64,000 nt of DNA, taken from positions 1-64,000 of the forward strand of contig JAJFFO010000023.1 of NCBI GenBank assembly GCA_021776615.1, given 5' to 3'. Shown piece by piece: positions 39,978-49,871 of the stretch. Source of the stretch: Robiginitomaculum sp. (GTDB lineage Bacteria > Pseudomonadota > Alphaproteobacteria > Caulobacterales > Maricaulaceae). The stretch's first letter is position 1; each line of letters begins with the position of its first letter. The notes below the pieces were generated by a model. It had not been told where the DNA came from. It saw nothing but the letters and a program-made list of their open reading frames with translations, and made no database searches. The position numbers and the translations under genes were made by a program.

Positions 39978-40829
39978 TCAGCCTGCTTCAAATAATTTTG
40001 CTTCAAGCAAAAGCTGCAAACGGTCGGTATCCGCACCGGAGATAAAAGTGTCGCCGGTGATAAAGGCCGGGGTGCCATCAATGCCCAATTGCCGCGCCAA
40101 AGCAAAATTGGCCTCCATCAGGGCTTCAAACGCCTTGGCGTGGGTTTTCATGTCCGCGCGCATACGGGCGACATCAACGCCGCTTTCCTTGGCCAAGCTG
40201 TCAATACGCGCATCATCAAAACCGCCGCGCGCGGCCATCATCGCAAAGTGGAAGGTTGTGTATTTGTCCTGCCCTTGCAGGCGGGCGGCCCAAGCCGCGG
40301 CAGAGGCCAAGCGTGAGCCGTTAGACCGGGCTTCCAAAATAGGAAAATCCTTCATGATGACCTTGATTTTGCCCGGATGCTTGTCGACGGCGGTTTGCAA
40401 CCATTCAGAGGCCACTTTACAAAAACCGCAATTATAATCGAAAAACTCAACCACAACGAAGGGCGCATCGTCTACGCCGATAACCGGGTCACGCGGTTCG
40501 GCATATAAGGCATTGCCTGCATTTGCCATGGCCAGTTTCTTTGCTTTATCCGCCTCGGCTTGCCGTTTTGCCTGCAAGGCATAGAAGGCTTCTTCGACAA
40601 TTTCCGGGCGTGCCAAAAGCGCCGTGCGAACGTCATTGGCAAAATCATTCCGGCCTTGCGCGTTGGTCTCAGTGGGCATTGGCGCAGATTTTGATCCTGA
40701 TTGCGCGGCGAAATAGCCCGCACCACCACCAATAATAGCGCTAACAAAGGCGGCCACGGCAAGCGTGATTATGTTGGTTTTGGGCAATTGAAACTCCTGA
40801 TCAAGTAAAAGTGGCACAAGGCGCGCCAA
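39978..40829 (-). CDS. DsbA-family thiol:disulfide oxidoreductase with N-terminal membrane anchor
   Basis: Thioredoxin-fold CGFC active site (FFDYNCGFCK), DsbA-like C-terminal region (GIDGTPAFI). Confidence 0.8.
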   Translation of the reverse strand: MARLVPLLLDQEFQLPKTNIITLAVAAFVSAIIGGGAGYFAAQSGSKSAPMPTETNAQGRNDFANDVRTALLARPEIVEEAFYALQAKRQAEADKAKKLAMANAGNALYAEPRDPVIGVDDAPFVVVEFFDYNCGFCKVASEWLQTAVDKHPGKIKVIMKDFPILEARSNGSRLASAAAWAARLQGQDKYTTFHFAMMAARGGFDDARIDSLAKESGVDVARMRADMKTHAKAFEALMEANFALARQLGIDGTPAFITGDTFISGADTDRLQLLLEAKLFEAG

Positions 40830-40878
40830 TATATGGCGTGTTACGCCTTTTCAAAAGGTAATTATTATCAGTTTTGTG

Positions 40879-42258
40879 TTATCGACGCTGTTGTTGCTGG
40901 GCCTGCTGGCGGCGAAAACGGGGATCGGCGGCGACCACGAGGGTTATGTCATTGGCGCGTCGCCATTCCGGCGTGCCTTGTTCAAGGTCTACAATAGCCC
41001 GTTGGGCAAAGGCGATTGCCCGGCCATAATTGCCATTGGCATAGGCCTGCTCGGCGGTGGCCAATTTGGCTTGCGGAATCTTGCCTTGACGCTCATAGGC
41101 GACGGAAAGCTGATACCAGGCGAAGCTGTTATCATTTTCCAGGCCCAGCACGGCTTTGAGTTGGACGATAGCGTCCTCAATATTTTGGGTGGTATCGGTG
41201 GCGATTTGCGCTTGCGCCAGATTAAGGCGCAGCAAGGGGGCGTCGGGCCGCAAGTCCACGGACCGCTGATGATAGCGTAATGAATTCAATGCCTGACCAG
41301 ATTCAAATAAAATTTGCCCATAAAGTTCGTTAAAAAATGGGTTTTCCGGCTCTTCTTCCACCAATTGGGCGATTTGGACCAGCGCCTTTGCTGTGGAGGC
41401 CGCGTGGTGGTTGGCAATGGCGCGGGCATAGCGCGCCGGTTGGCTGGTGTCGGTCTCCGGGTACAGGTTAAAGGTGGTTTCTGGTAGTTCCAAAAAGCCA
41501 ATAATTTTGGCTTTAATCATAGCCAATCTGTGCAATTCCTCGGGGCTGTCGAGTGTGTTTCTATAGGGCGAGGCGGTGACGCGCCTTTGCAAAGCGGTGA
41601 TGCGGTCGGAGGATAAAGGGTGGTTTAGAAAATAGGGAAACCGTTTAGCACCGGAGAGGACTTCTTGCATGCGAAAGCGTTCGAAAAACCGCAAAAGGCC
41701 TTCGCCAGATTGCCCCGTCGCCTCCATGTATTTAGCTGCTGCCTGATCCGCCGCCGCTTCCTGCACCCGCGAATGGGCAAAGAAGGTCACGGCGCCAAAT
41801 TGCTGCGCACTGCTGAGCAGCGCCATGCCGGCGTCGGGTGCCCCGGCAATGGCGGCCAGAATGCCCAACCCCATGGTAAGAAAGATTGGCCGCGAGGCCT
41901 TGGCAATGGCATCGTCGGAACGGATCAAATGACCATCTGCCATATGGCCGGTTTCGTGAGCAATCACCCCTTTTAACTCATTCGGGCTTTGGGCATTGAG
42001 AATAATGCCGGTGTGCAGGAACATTTTTTGCCCGCGCGTAACAAAAGCATTCATGCTGCGATCATTAATGACATAGAGGTCAACATCTTGCGCGCGTAAT
42101 CCGGCGGCTTCAAAAATCGGGTATGACCAATCCTTGACGACGGCCTCAATTTCCGAATCGCGAATAGGACCCTGCGCCGCTGCCATTGATGGCCACAGAA
42201 TACCCATAAAAAAACTGAGAATTGCGGTTTTGCAAAGGCTACCAAGAAGGCACTTCAT
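40879..42258 (-). CDS. periplasmic TPR-containing M48 metalloprotease (BepA/YfgC-like)
   Basis: Signal peptide, HETGHMADGH (HExxH) motif, C-terminal TPR-like helical region; start trimmed to MKCLLGS. Confidence 0.8.
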   Translation of the reverse strand: MKCLLGSLCKTAILSFFMGILWPSMAAAQGPIRDSEIEAVVKDWSYPIFEAAGLRAQDVDLYVINDRSMNAFVTRGQKMFLHTGIILNAQSPNELKGVIAHETGHMADGHLIRSDDAIAKASRPIFLTMGLGILAAIAGAPDAGMALLSSAQQFGAVTFFAHSRVQEAAADQAAAKYMEATGQSGEGLLRFFERFRMQEVLSGAKRFPYFLNHPLSSDRITALQRRVTASPYRNTLDSPEELHRLAMIKAKIIGFLELPETTFNLYPETDTSQPARYARAIANHHAASTAKALVQIAQLVEEEPENPFFNELYGQILFESGQALNSLRYHQRSVDLRPDAPLLRLNLAQAQIATDTTQNIEDAIVQLKAVLGLENDNSFAWYQLSVAYERQGKIPQAKLATAEQAYANGNYGRAIAFAQRAIVDLEQGTPEWRRANDITLVVAADPRFRRQQAQQQQRR

Positions 42259-42400
42259 TGGTTGAACTCCATTTGCCCCCGCTTCATGCATAGTAGCAAA
42301 ATTTTGTCGCGGTGCAATGCGATTTCCCTCAAAGCGAATCTGCAAGCATATTGTTAAGACCGTCAGTCGACGCGTATTGGCGGTAAAACTGATGCGCGAA

Positions 42401-42425
42401 GGGGGCGGTTGATCTTACCGCCCCC
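42401..42425 (-). terminator. GC hairpin gggggcgg-ttgatctta-ccgccccc 8 nt downstream of the rne stop; candidate intrinsic terminator
   Basis: Perfect 8-bp G/C stem; partial U-run (ttcgcgcatcagtttt) follows on the minus strand. Confidence 0.4.
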
Positions 42426-42432
42426 ACAAGAC

Positions 42433-45429
42433 TCAGCCGTTAAATGGACCCTTCCACCAGCGCTTTTTTGCGCTGCCGGTTGATTCTCCATCACTCTCTG
42501 CATCACGCTTTGCATCCGGGGCGGCTTGCGGCGTGGCCGCTCCTTGATCAGAAGCCTTGGCCGCCGGTGCCGCCGCAACTTTGCGTGTGCGCACGGCCCG
42601 TCGTTTTGGGGCAGGGGCTTTAGGGGCATCTAACCCATCGCGTTGCGGCTTTTGCGCGGTGTCCTGTACCGGTTTTGCCGTGCTCTTTGCGGCAGGTTTG
42701 CGTACGGCGCGTTTGCGCGGCTTTGGGGCCTCTTTCACAATTGGTGCCGCGGCAACACTTTGTTCCGGCTCATCGGTTTTTGCCGCGCGCCGCCGGGTTG
42801 GCCGTGCTTTTGGCTTTGCCGTCTCTGCGGGAGTACTTTCGCTGTTGGCATTTGCCGGTGCAGGCGTTTTTCTGACCCGTTTTGGCGGTTTTGACTTTTC
42901 CGCCGCTTCGACCTTGGTGTTAGCATTATCAGCAGTTGGTGCCGCTTCAGCTGACTTTGCCGAACGACGACGACGACGTACAGGCCGTTTTTTCGCGGCA
43001 CTATTGTCGGATTCATCTGGCGATGCGCTTGCGCTCACCGGGCTTGGCGTTTCTGCTGAGGTGTCCGTTGGTGCACTTGCTGCAGAGCGGGCTGGTCGGC
43101 GACGACGTACAGGCCGTTTTGCCGGTTCCTGTGCGCTCTCTTGCTTCGGCGCTGGAGTTTCCACCACGGTTTCAGCAATCGGCGCTGCGGCTTGGGCGGT
43201 ATCAGCGCCGTCACTATTCGACTTGCGCCGTCTTCGTGTTGGCCGTTTGCGCTTGGCGTCGTCATCGGCTTTTGCTTCAGAAGCGGCGTTTTCATCGCCC
43301 TGTGTGCTGGCACTCGCTTCAGGTGCGACAGGAGCCGCTTCGGCATCGGCAGACCTTGCTCTGCGACGTCTGCGCGGTTTGCGGGTCTCGCCCGCTTCTG
43401 CCTGTGTCTCTGCCGGGGCCGGGACATGGTCCTGGGTTTCTACTTTCCCCGGTTCAGCATTGGCCGCCACGTTATTGTCAGCACCATTCGCTTCGTTTTG
43501 GGTTTGTGCTGCATCAGGGGCCGCGCCGCTTTTGCGCCGTCCCCGGCCACCGCGTCGACCGCGTCGCCGCTTTTTGGGCGCATCACTATTGCTGTCGGCA
43601 CCTTGTTCCGAACTGGCGTCCGAGCTGGCGCTGGCTTCGGCCTCATCGGCTTCATCGGCAACAATTTCTGTTACATTGTCGTCGGCGTCGAGGTCATTCA
43701 CGTTTGGCCGCGGGGTTTTGGGCGCGCTTTTACGGCGTTCCAGGATTTCGATATCGAAATTTGGCGGGACCATGACCGCGTCGGCTTCGATGACGAAACG
43801 CATTTCCAACTCGCGTTCCATATTTGCCAAAAAGTCACGTTTTTCGTTGAGCAAATATAAGGCAACCGGCGTTGGCGCGGACAATCGCACCTTGGCAATG
43901 GTGCCCTTCATGGCTTCACCCTCAAGCGCTTGCAGGGCGGAAAGGGCCGCCGATTCTACCGAGCGCACCACGCCGATGCCGGCACAGGTTGGGCAGACTT
44001 GGGAAGAGCCTTCAATGACGCTGGCACGGCGGCGTTGGCGCGAAATTTCCATAAGGCCGAATGAGGAGATACGGCTCATTTGTACCCGGGCGCGGTCGCG
44101 CTTAAGGCCATCCTTCATGCGCTTTTCGACGGCGCGAATATTCTTGTTTTCGTCCATGTCGATGAAATCAATCACCAGCAAGCCGGCAAGGTCACGCAGG
44201 CGCATCTGGCGACAGGCTTCATCAGCCGCCTCCAAATTGGTCTTCAGCGCTGTAGCTTCGATGTTGCGCTCGCGGGTCGAGCGGCCGGAGTTCACATCAA
44301 TGGCAACCAGGGCTTCGGTCTGGTGAATGACCAGATATCCGCCGGATTTAAGCCGAACATTGGGGTCATATATGGCTTCAAGCTGTTCCTCGACCTGATA
44401 TTTTAGGAAAATCGGGAAGGGGGATTTATAATGTTTAACCCGGGCAGCATGACTGGGCATCAACATTTTCATGAATTCGCGGGCGTCGCGATAGGCTTCG
44501 TCGCCTTCAACGTGAACCGCTTCAATTTCCTTATCATAAAGGTCGCGCACGGCGCGGCGCACCAGCCCACCTTCTTCATGCACCAAGTCTGGTGCCATGG
44601 ACGCCAAGGTCTGTTCGCGAATCGTGCTCCACAAACGGCCCAGATATTCATAATCGCGCTTAATTTCCACCTTGGTCCGTTTGGACCCGGCGGTGCGGAT
44701 GATCAGGCCAGCACCCTTTGGCAGATCAAGGCCACTGGTAACGCTTTTAAGGCGTTTGCGATCCGCTGCATTGCTAATTTTGCGAGAAATGCCGCCACCG
44801 CGCGCGGTATTGGGCATAAGCACACAATAGCGCCCGGCCAGAGACAGATAGGTTGTCAGGGCCGCGCCTTTATTGCCGCGCTCTTCTTTGGAAATTTGCA
44901 CCAGCATGACCTGGCCGGGTTTGACAACTTCTTGAATTTTATACCGGCGCATTTCGCGCAGGCGATGTTTGCGGCGACGCTGTGCCGCTTCTTCGGCAAT
45001 GGCTGCTTCTTCCGCAGCGTCTTCATCATTGGGCTCGTCGTCCGATGCCGAATCATCATCGTCATCGCCATCCTCACCATCAGAATCAGAAATGACGTCC
45101 GCAGCCGCAGCCGCATCGGCGGCCTCTTCAGCGGCTTCGTCCTCTTCTTCTTCAAGTTTTAAGAGGCGTTCACGGTCTTCAACCGGAATTTGATAATAGT
45201 CTGGGTGAATTTCATTGAATGCCAGGAAGCCATGACGATTACCGCCATAGTCAACAAAAGCCGCTTGAAGCGAGGCTTCTACGCGGGTGATTTTTGCCAG
45301 ATAAATGTTGCCGCGGATTTGTTTTTTGCTCCGCGACTCAAAATCAAATTCCTCGACTCGGTTTCCGTCTACTACCGCAACCCGGGTTTGTTCCGGGTGT
45401 GCAGCATCGATTAACATGCGTTTTGTCAT
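42433..45429 (-). CDS. rne: ribonuclease E
   Basis: N-terminal catalytic half (S1 domain, DNase-I-like, Zn-link CPxCxGxG) with long Arg/Asp/Ala/Pro-rich degradosome scaffold; start trimmed to MTKRMLID. Confidence 0.92.
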   Translation of the reverse strand: MTKRMLIDAAHPEQTRVAVVDGNRVEEFDFESRSKKQIRGNIYLAKITRVEASLQAAFVDYGGNRHGFLAFNEIHPDYYQIPVEDRERLLKLEEEEDEAAEEAADAAAAADVISDSDGEDGDDDDDSASDDEPNDEDAAEEAAIAEEAAQRRRKHRLREMRRYKIQEVVKPGQVMLVQISKEERGNKGAALTTYLSLAGRYCVLMPNTARGGGISRKISNAADRKRLKSVTSGLDLPKGAGLIIRTAGSKRTKVEIKRDYEYLGRLWSTIREQTLASMAPDLVHEEGGLVRRAVRDLYDKEIEAVHVEGDEAYRDAREFMKMLMPSHAARVKHYKSPFPIFLKYQVEEQLEAIYDPNVRLKSGGYLVIHQTEALVAIDVNSGRSTRERNIEATALKTNLEAADEACRQMRLRDLAGLLVIDFIDMDENKNIRAVEKRMKDGLKRDRARVQMSRISSFGLMEISRQRRRASVIEGSSQVCPTCAGIGVVRSVESAALSALQALEGEAMKGTIAKVRLSAPTPVALYLLNEKRDFLANMERELEMRFVIEADAVMVPPNFDIEILERRKSAPKTPRPNVNDLDADDNVTEIVADEADEAEASASSDASSEQGADSNSDAPKKRRRGRRGGRGRRKSGAAPDAAQTQNEANGADNNVAANAEPGKVETQDHVPAPAETQAEAGETRKPRRRRRARSADAEAAPVAPEASASTQGDENAASEAKADDDAKRKRPTRRRRKSNSDGADTAQAAAPIAETVVETPAPKQESAQEPAKRPVRRRRPARSAASAPTDTSAETPSPVSASASPDESDNSAAKKRPVRRRRRSAKSAEAAPTADNANTKVEAAEKSKPPKRVRKTPAPANANSESTPAETAKPKARPTRRRAAKTDEPEQSVAAAPIVKEAPKPRKRAVRKPAAKSTAKPVQDTAQKPQRDGLDAPKAPAPKRRAVRTRKVAAAPAAKASDQGAATPQAAPDAKRDAESDGESTGSAKKRWWKGPFNG

Positions 45430-45817
45430 AAATTTTCTCTTGCGCACCTCTCAGCGGCCGATAGCGGCTTGAGGGTGTTGATGTTGTGCATATGCGCGAT
45501 CTGTTGCGCACCTTCACGGCGTTTTTTGTTTGCGATAAAGGGTGCGGCATTGCGCGCATAGCGATTAAATCCAATTGGCACGCTTGGTGCCGGTGCGTAT
45601 GGGGGCAGCAATATTTGCGCCCCGAACGCGTTGTTCATTTGCCTGTTCGCTCAAAATCGAGCAAGCTCAGGTGCGCGCACCATGCACCAATGCTTTGGCA
45701 AAAGAAAGGGGGCGAAGGATCAGGGGCTGCGAATGCATTGGCAGCGTCAACCAAACGTCAATAGCTATAGGGTAGGGTTGGATTAATCGCGACGTTTTAA
45801 AAGATCGCAGGGCAGTA
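45430..45817 (-). promoter_or_regulatory. long (about 390 nt) rne 5' leader; probable autoregulatory structured UTR
   Basis: Unusually long non-coding region upstream of rne with no credible ORF; rne genes are generally autoregulated through structured leaders. Confidence 0.4.
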
Positions 45818-47131
45818 ATGGCGGAAAATATGTACCGTATTTATGTAAAAGTGCTGAGTGGGTTGGTCGTGTGGAGCCTCCTTGGCCTAAGTGCGCCGAC
45901 ATTTGCCGCCCCCCCGCCAGCCGCCAACAGCGCCGCCGATGTTATTAATGTGCGTTTTAGCGGCGATGAAGAGCAAACCCGTATCGTCATTGAGACCCGC
46001 GAAGTGCTGGATTATCGCTGGTTTGTTCTGGCGCAAAACGGATTGCGGCTCGTGGTTGATATGCCAGTGGTGCATTGGACTGGCGCGACATCAACAAAGC
46101 CAACACTGACCGGGAAGGGCGATGGCCACGGGGCTGTGGTCGGGTACCGTTTTGGTAAATACTCGCCGACAACATCACGTCTGGTCTTTGATCTCAAAGA
46201 CGCGATGCAAGTGAAGAAGGATTTTTATCTGGCCCCCGGTGTCGATGGCGCGCCGCACAGGCTGGTTTTGGATTTGACAAAGACCGATCCCATTAGTTTT
46301 GCCTCAGAAGCAGGCTTTAGCGAACCTTTCACCCCGCGACCAATCGGAAAGGCGGCTTTGCGCTCGGCCGTTAAGTCTGGCGGCGTTTCCTATACCAATG
46401 ATGAGACCGCCGCTTCACGCAAGCCAAAGAGAAGCAACCGCAGTTCGAAGCGAATCATCGTTATTGACGCCGGTCATGGCGGCAAGGACCCCGGCTCGCT
46501 AGGCAGCCGGTCGCACGAGAAAAACATTAATTTGCGTGCCGCCATAGAATTAAAGAAAGTTCTTGAAAAGTCGGGGAAATACACAGTTCGGTTGACCCGG
46601 TCCAAGGATGTTTTTATCGAACTCGTGGACCGCGTGGAGTATGCCCGCAAGCAAGAGGCCGATCTTCTTATTTCTCTGCATTCAGATTCGGCAGCCAATA
46701 AAAAGGCCCGCGGTGCGTCGGTTTACACCCTTATTGAATGGGCCAGCAGGCGGGCAAAGGGCGAAGTTATGCGCGGTGACAGCTCAATCATTGGCGTCGA
46801 TGTGGCCAGCGCTCGTCCCGGCGTTGATGATATTTTGCTAAACCTTTCGCAGCGTCAAACCCAAAACGAGTCGGCGATATTGGCTGAAATTCTGACCTCG
46901 CGTCTGGCACGCATTAGCCCTATGGTAGGCAATCCCCACCGGGACAAAAATTTGTTTGTGCTGTTGGCGCCCGATGTTCCGTCGGTACTGGTTGAAATGG
47001 GGTTTTTGTCCAACAAACAGGATGAAGCTAATCTTGGGTCAATCCGGCATATGCGCAAATTGATGGGCGCGGTTGGTGGTTCTGTTGATGAATATTTCGC
47101 CCGTAGCGAGCGTCTGCACGCCTCTCGCTAA
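45818..47131 (+). CDS. N-acetylmuramoyl-L-alanine amidase (AmiC-like) with N-terminal AMIN domain and signal peptide
   Basis: Amidase_3 motifs (IVIDAGHGGKDPG, HSDS, E in VLVEMGF); N-terminal AMIN-like beta domain. Confidence 0.85.
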   Translation: MAENMYRIYVKVLSGLVVWSLLGLSAPTFAAPPPAANSAADVINVRFSGDEEQTRIVIETREVLDYRWFVLAQNGLRLVVDMPVVHWTGATSTKPTLTGKGDGHGAVVGYRFGKYSPTTSRLVFDLKDAMQVKKDFYLAPGVDGAPHRLVLDLTKTDPISFASEAGFSEPFTPRPIGKAALRSAVKSGGVSYTNDETAASRKPKRSNRSSKRIIVIDAGHGGKDPGSLGSRSHEKNINLRAAIELKKVLEKSGKYTVRLTRSKDVFIELVDRVEYARKQEADLLISLHSDSAANKKARGASVYTLIEWASRRAKGEVMRGDSSIIGVDVASARPGVDDILLNLSQRQTQNESAILAEILTSRLARISPMVGNPHRDKNLFVLLAPDVPSVLVEMGFLSNKQDEANLGSIRHMRKLMGAVGGSVDEYFARSERLHASR

Positions 47132-47249
47132 TCCACCGCAGGTGCAGCTCATTTAACCTTAAGTGTAATTATGGTCGCCTTTTGATCATGCTCTTGCCAT
47201 AATAGGTTGAGAAACTCACCGGCTTCACCGCATCGAGAAGTGATAAGGG

Positions 47250-49790
47250 TTGGTGATGGGGATGAATGTGTTTGAGCGTTTGAAAACATTATGGTTCTGG
47301 GCGGCCCGGCTTTTTGCGCTGGGCGCTATTTTGGCTGTCGCCGGAGCAATTGCGATCACGATTTATGTGATTCGGGTTTCGGCGGACCTGCCAACCTATG
47401 AGGCATTACAAAATTATGAGCCGCCGGTAATGAGCCGCGTACATGCTGGCGATGGCAATCTTATTGCTGAGTATGCCCGCGAACACCGGGTGTTTGTGCC
47501 GCGTGCCGCCATACCCGACTACGTAACGCAGGCTTTCATTTCCGCTGAAGACAAGAATTTTTATATCCATAATGGCTTGGACGTAAAAGGCATTATGCGT
47601 GCTATTCTGGCCAATGTTAAAAACAAAATTCAGGGCCGCCGCCTTGAAGGTGCGTCCACGCTCACCCAGCAGGTTGCCGAAAACTTCCTCCTCACCACCG
47701 ACCAGAAATTCAGCGCTAAAGTGCGTAAAATGGTCATTGCGGTGCGCATGGAAAAAGTGCTTTCCAAGGATAAAATCCTCGAATTGTATTTGAATGAAAT
47801 CTATCTGGGCAACCGCTCTTACGGGGTTGCGGCGGCGTCTTTGAACTATTTTGGCAAGCCGCTGGACCAATTGGAATTGGCGGAAATCGCCTATCTTGCT
47901 GCGATTCCCAAAGGACCAGCCAATTATCACCCAACCCGCCACAAGGCCCGGGCCGTCGCGCGGCGCAATTGGGTGTTGGGGCGCATGGTTGCCAATGAAT
48001 TTATCACCGACGAAATGGCGCAAGAGGCGGTAGCGCAAGATTTGATCGTCACTAATCGCCTTTCCGGCGCCACCTATCTGGCGGCTGAGTATTTTGTTGA
48101 GGAAGTGCGCCGCGAAGTGTTCACCATGTATGGCGAGGACCAGCTTTATGATGGCGGCCTGTCTATTCGCACCACGTTGGACACCCGCTTGCAATTGGCG
48201 GCGCGCATGGCCCTGCGCAAAGGGCTTGAAGAATATGACCGTCGCCACGGCTATCGCGGTGCCCATGCCAAGCTGGAAACACTGGACGATTGGCAAACGG
48301 CGTTGTTGGACGTACCTGGTATTCCCGATGTGGACGCCCATTGGAGTCAGGCGGTGGTTTTGGCTACGGATGATGCTGGTGCGCGCATTGGCCTGTTTTC
48401 CGGCAAGCAGGGCAGCGTTCCGCTTAACGCGCTGGAGTGGGCCAGAAAACCGGCGCGCGAGGCCAAGCTTGGGCCAAAAATTAAGGCGGCAGATGAGGTT
48501 TTTAGCGTTGGCGATGTGATTTATGTCAGCCCCTTAATCGCTGAAGAAGACAGCAAAACCAGCACAGACAAACCGGACCAAAGGCCCGCCTTTGATTTGC
48601 GTCAGGTGCCGACGGTAAACGGGGCAATTATGGCTATGGACCCGCACACCGGGCGGGTATTGGCGTTGGTTGGCGGCTATAGCTTTCAACAAAGCCAGTT
48701 TGACCGGGTGATGCAGGCGCAGCGGCAAATCGGTTCGGCCTTTAAGCCATTCGTGTATTCGGCGGCACTGGATTTGAACTATACGCCGGTAAGTTTGGTG
48801 CTGGATGCGCCTTTCATAGCCGACGGTGGCGGCAGCACGCGGTTTTACAAGCCGGGCAATTATGCAGAAGGCAGGTTTTACGGCCTTTCCACCTTGCGGC
48901 TAGGAATTGAAAAGTCGCGCAATGTGATGACCGTGCGTCTGGCCCAGCAAATGGGCATGGAGCCGATTGTTAATATTGGCGAACGCACCGGGATATATGA
49001 CCAGCTTGATCCGGTATTGGCCATGGCTCTTGGCGCTGGGGAAACTACGCCGTGGCGTCTAACCGGGGCCTATGCCAGCTTTGTAAACGGCGGCAAAAAA
49101 GTGCAACCGACGATTTTGGACCGGGTTCAGGACCGTAATGGTAAAACCATTTATCGCCATGATGATCGCGATTGCCCGGCGTGTAATGCACCCAAACCAA
49201 TAGAAGATGAAGAAGGTGTTTTGGCACCGGCCCCCATCGGACGATTGGTTGAGCCAAGATTGCCCGAAAACCGCCCGCAAGTGCTGGATCCGGTAACCGC
49301 TTATCAAATGACCTCAATGATGGAAGGGGTGGTGCAACGCGGCACCGGTACGCGCGCCCGGGCCATTGGCAAGCCGGTCGCCGGCAAATCTGGCACCACC
49401 AATGATTATAAGGATGCATGGTTTATGGGCATGTCACCGGATTTGGTGGTCGGGGTTTATGTGGGCTTCGACAATCCGGCAACGCTTGGCAATGGCGAGG
49501 CTGGTGGCAGTGTTGGCGCGCCGATTTTTCGTGACTTTATGCTCGAAGCTCTCAAAGACGCTCCCAATGCGCCATTTCGTATTCCGCAAGGCGTGCGGCT
49601 GGTGCGGGTTAATCAACGCACTGGCGAATTGGCCCGGCCCGGCGACGCAGAATCAATTTTGGAAGCTTTTCGTCCGGGTACCGAACCGCAACGGGGCATT
49701 CAAGGGGTGCGTCTGGCCATCGGCAAAGGCCGTCTTGGTGAGGTTAAAAAACCGCCCGAAGAGGAAGAAGACCTTGGCGGCTTGTATTAA
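47250..49790 (+). CDS. mrcA: penicillin-binding protein 1A (bifunctional transglycosylase/transpeptidase)
   Basis: GT51 motifs (FISAEDKNFYIHNG, GASTLTQQ), transpeptidase SxxK (GSAFKPF), SxN, KSGT. Confidence 0.9.
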   Translation: MVMGMNVFERLKTLWFWAARLFALGAILAVAGAIAITIYVIRVSADLPTYEALQNYEPPVMSRVHAGDGNLIAEYAREHRVFVPRAAIPDYVTQAFISAEDKNFYIHNGLDVKGIMRAILANVKNKIQGRRLEGASTLTQQVAENFLLTTDQKFSAKVRKMVIAVRMEKVLSKDKILELYLNEIYLGNRSYGVAAASLNYFGKPLDQLELAEIAYLAAIPKGPANYHPTRHKARAVARRNWVLGRMVANEFITDEMAQEAVAQDLIVTNRLSGATYLAAEYFVEEVRREVFTMYGEDQLYDGGLSIRTTLDTRLQLAARMALRKGLEEYDRRHGYRGAHAKLETLDDWQTALLDVPGIPDVDAHWSQAVVLATDDAGARIGLFSGKQGSVPLNALEWARKPAREAKLGPKIKAADEVFSVGDVIYVSPLIAEEDSKTSTDKPDQRPAFDLRQVPTVNGAIMAMDPHTGRVLALVGGYSFQQSQFDRVMQAQRQIGSAFKPFVYSAALDLNYTPVSLVLDAPFIADGGGSTRFYKPGNYAEGRFYGLSTLRLGIEKSRNVMTVRLAQQMGMEPIVNIGERTGIYDQLDPVLAMALGAGETTPWRLTGAYASFVNGGKKVQPTILDRVQDRNGKTIYRHDDRDCPACNAPKPIEDEEGVLAPAPIGRLVEPRLPENRPQVLDPVTAYQMTSMMEGVVQRGTGTRARAIGKPVAGKSGTTNDYKDAWFMGMSPDLVVGVYVGFDNPATLGNGEAGGSVGAPIFRDFMLEALKDAPNAPFRIPQGVRLVRVNQRTGELARPGDAESILEAFRPGTEPQRGIQGVRLAIGKGRLGEVKKPPEEEEDLGGLY

Positions 49791-49871
49791 TTGCCAAGCA
49801 TGGCAAATTGCCTAGACCTTAATCACCACGAGAATCAAACCATCATCACCGTCTTGCGGATAGGAAAATTT

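Noticed and set aside
42557-44326. 589-aa ORF on the plus strand
   Set aside because: Lies entirely antisense to rne within its low-complexity Arg/Ala/Asp-rich C-terminal region. The translated product is Ala/Arg/Ser low-complexity with no motifs, an artefact of high GC and repetitive composition
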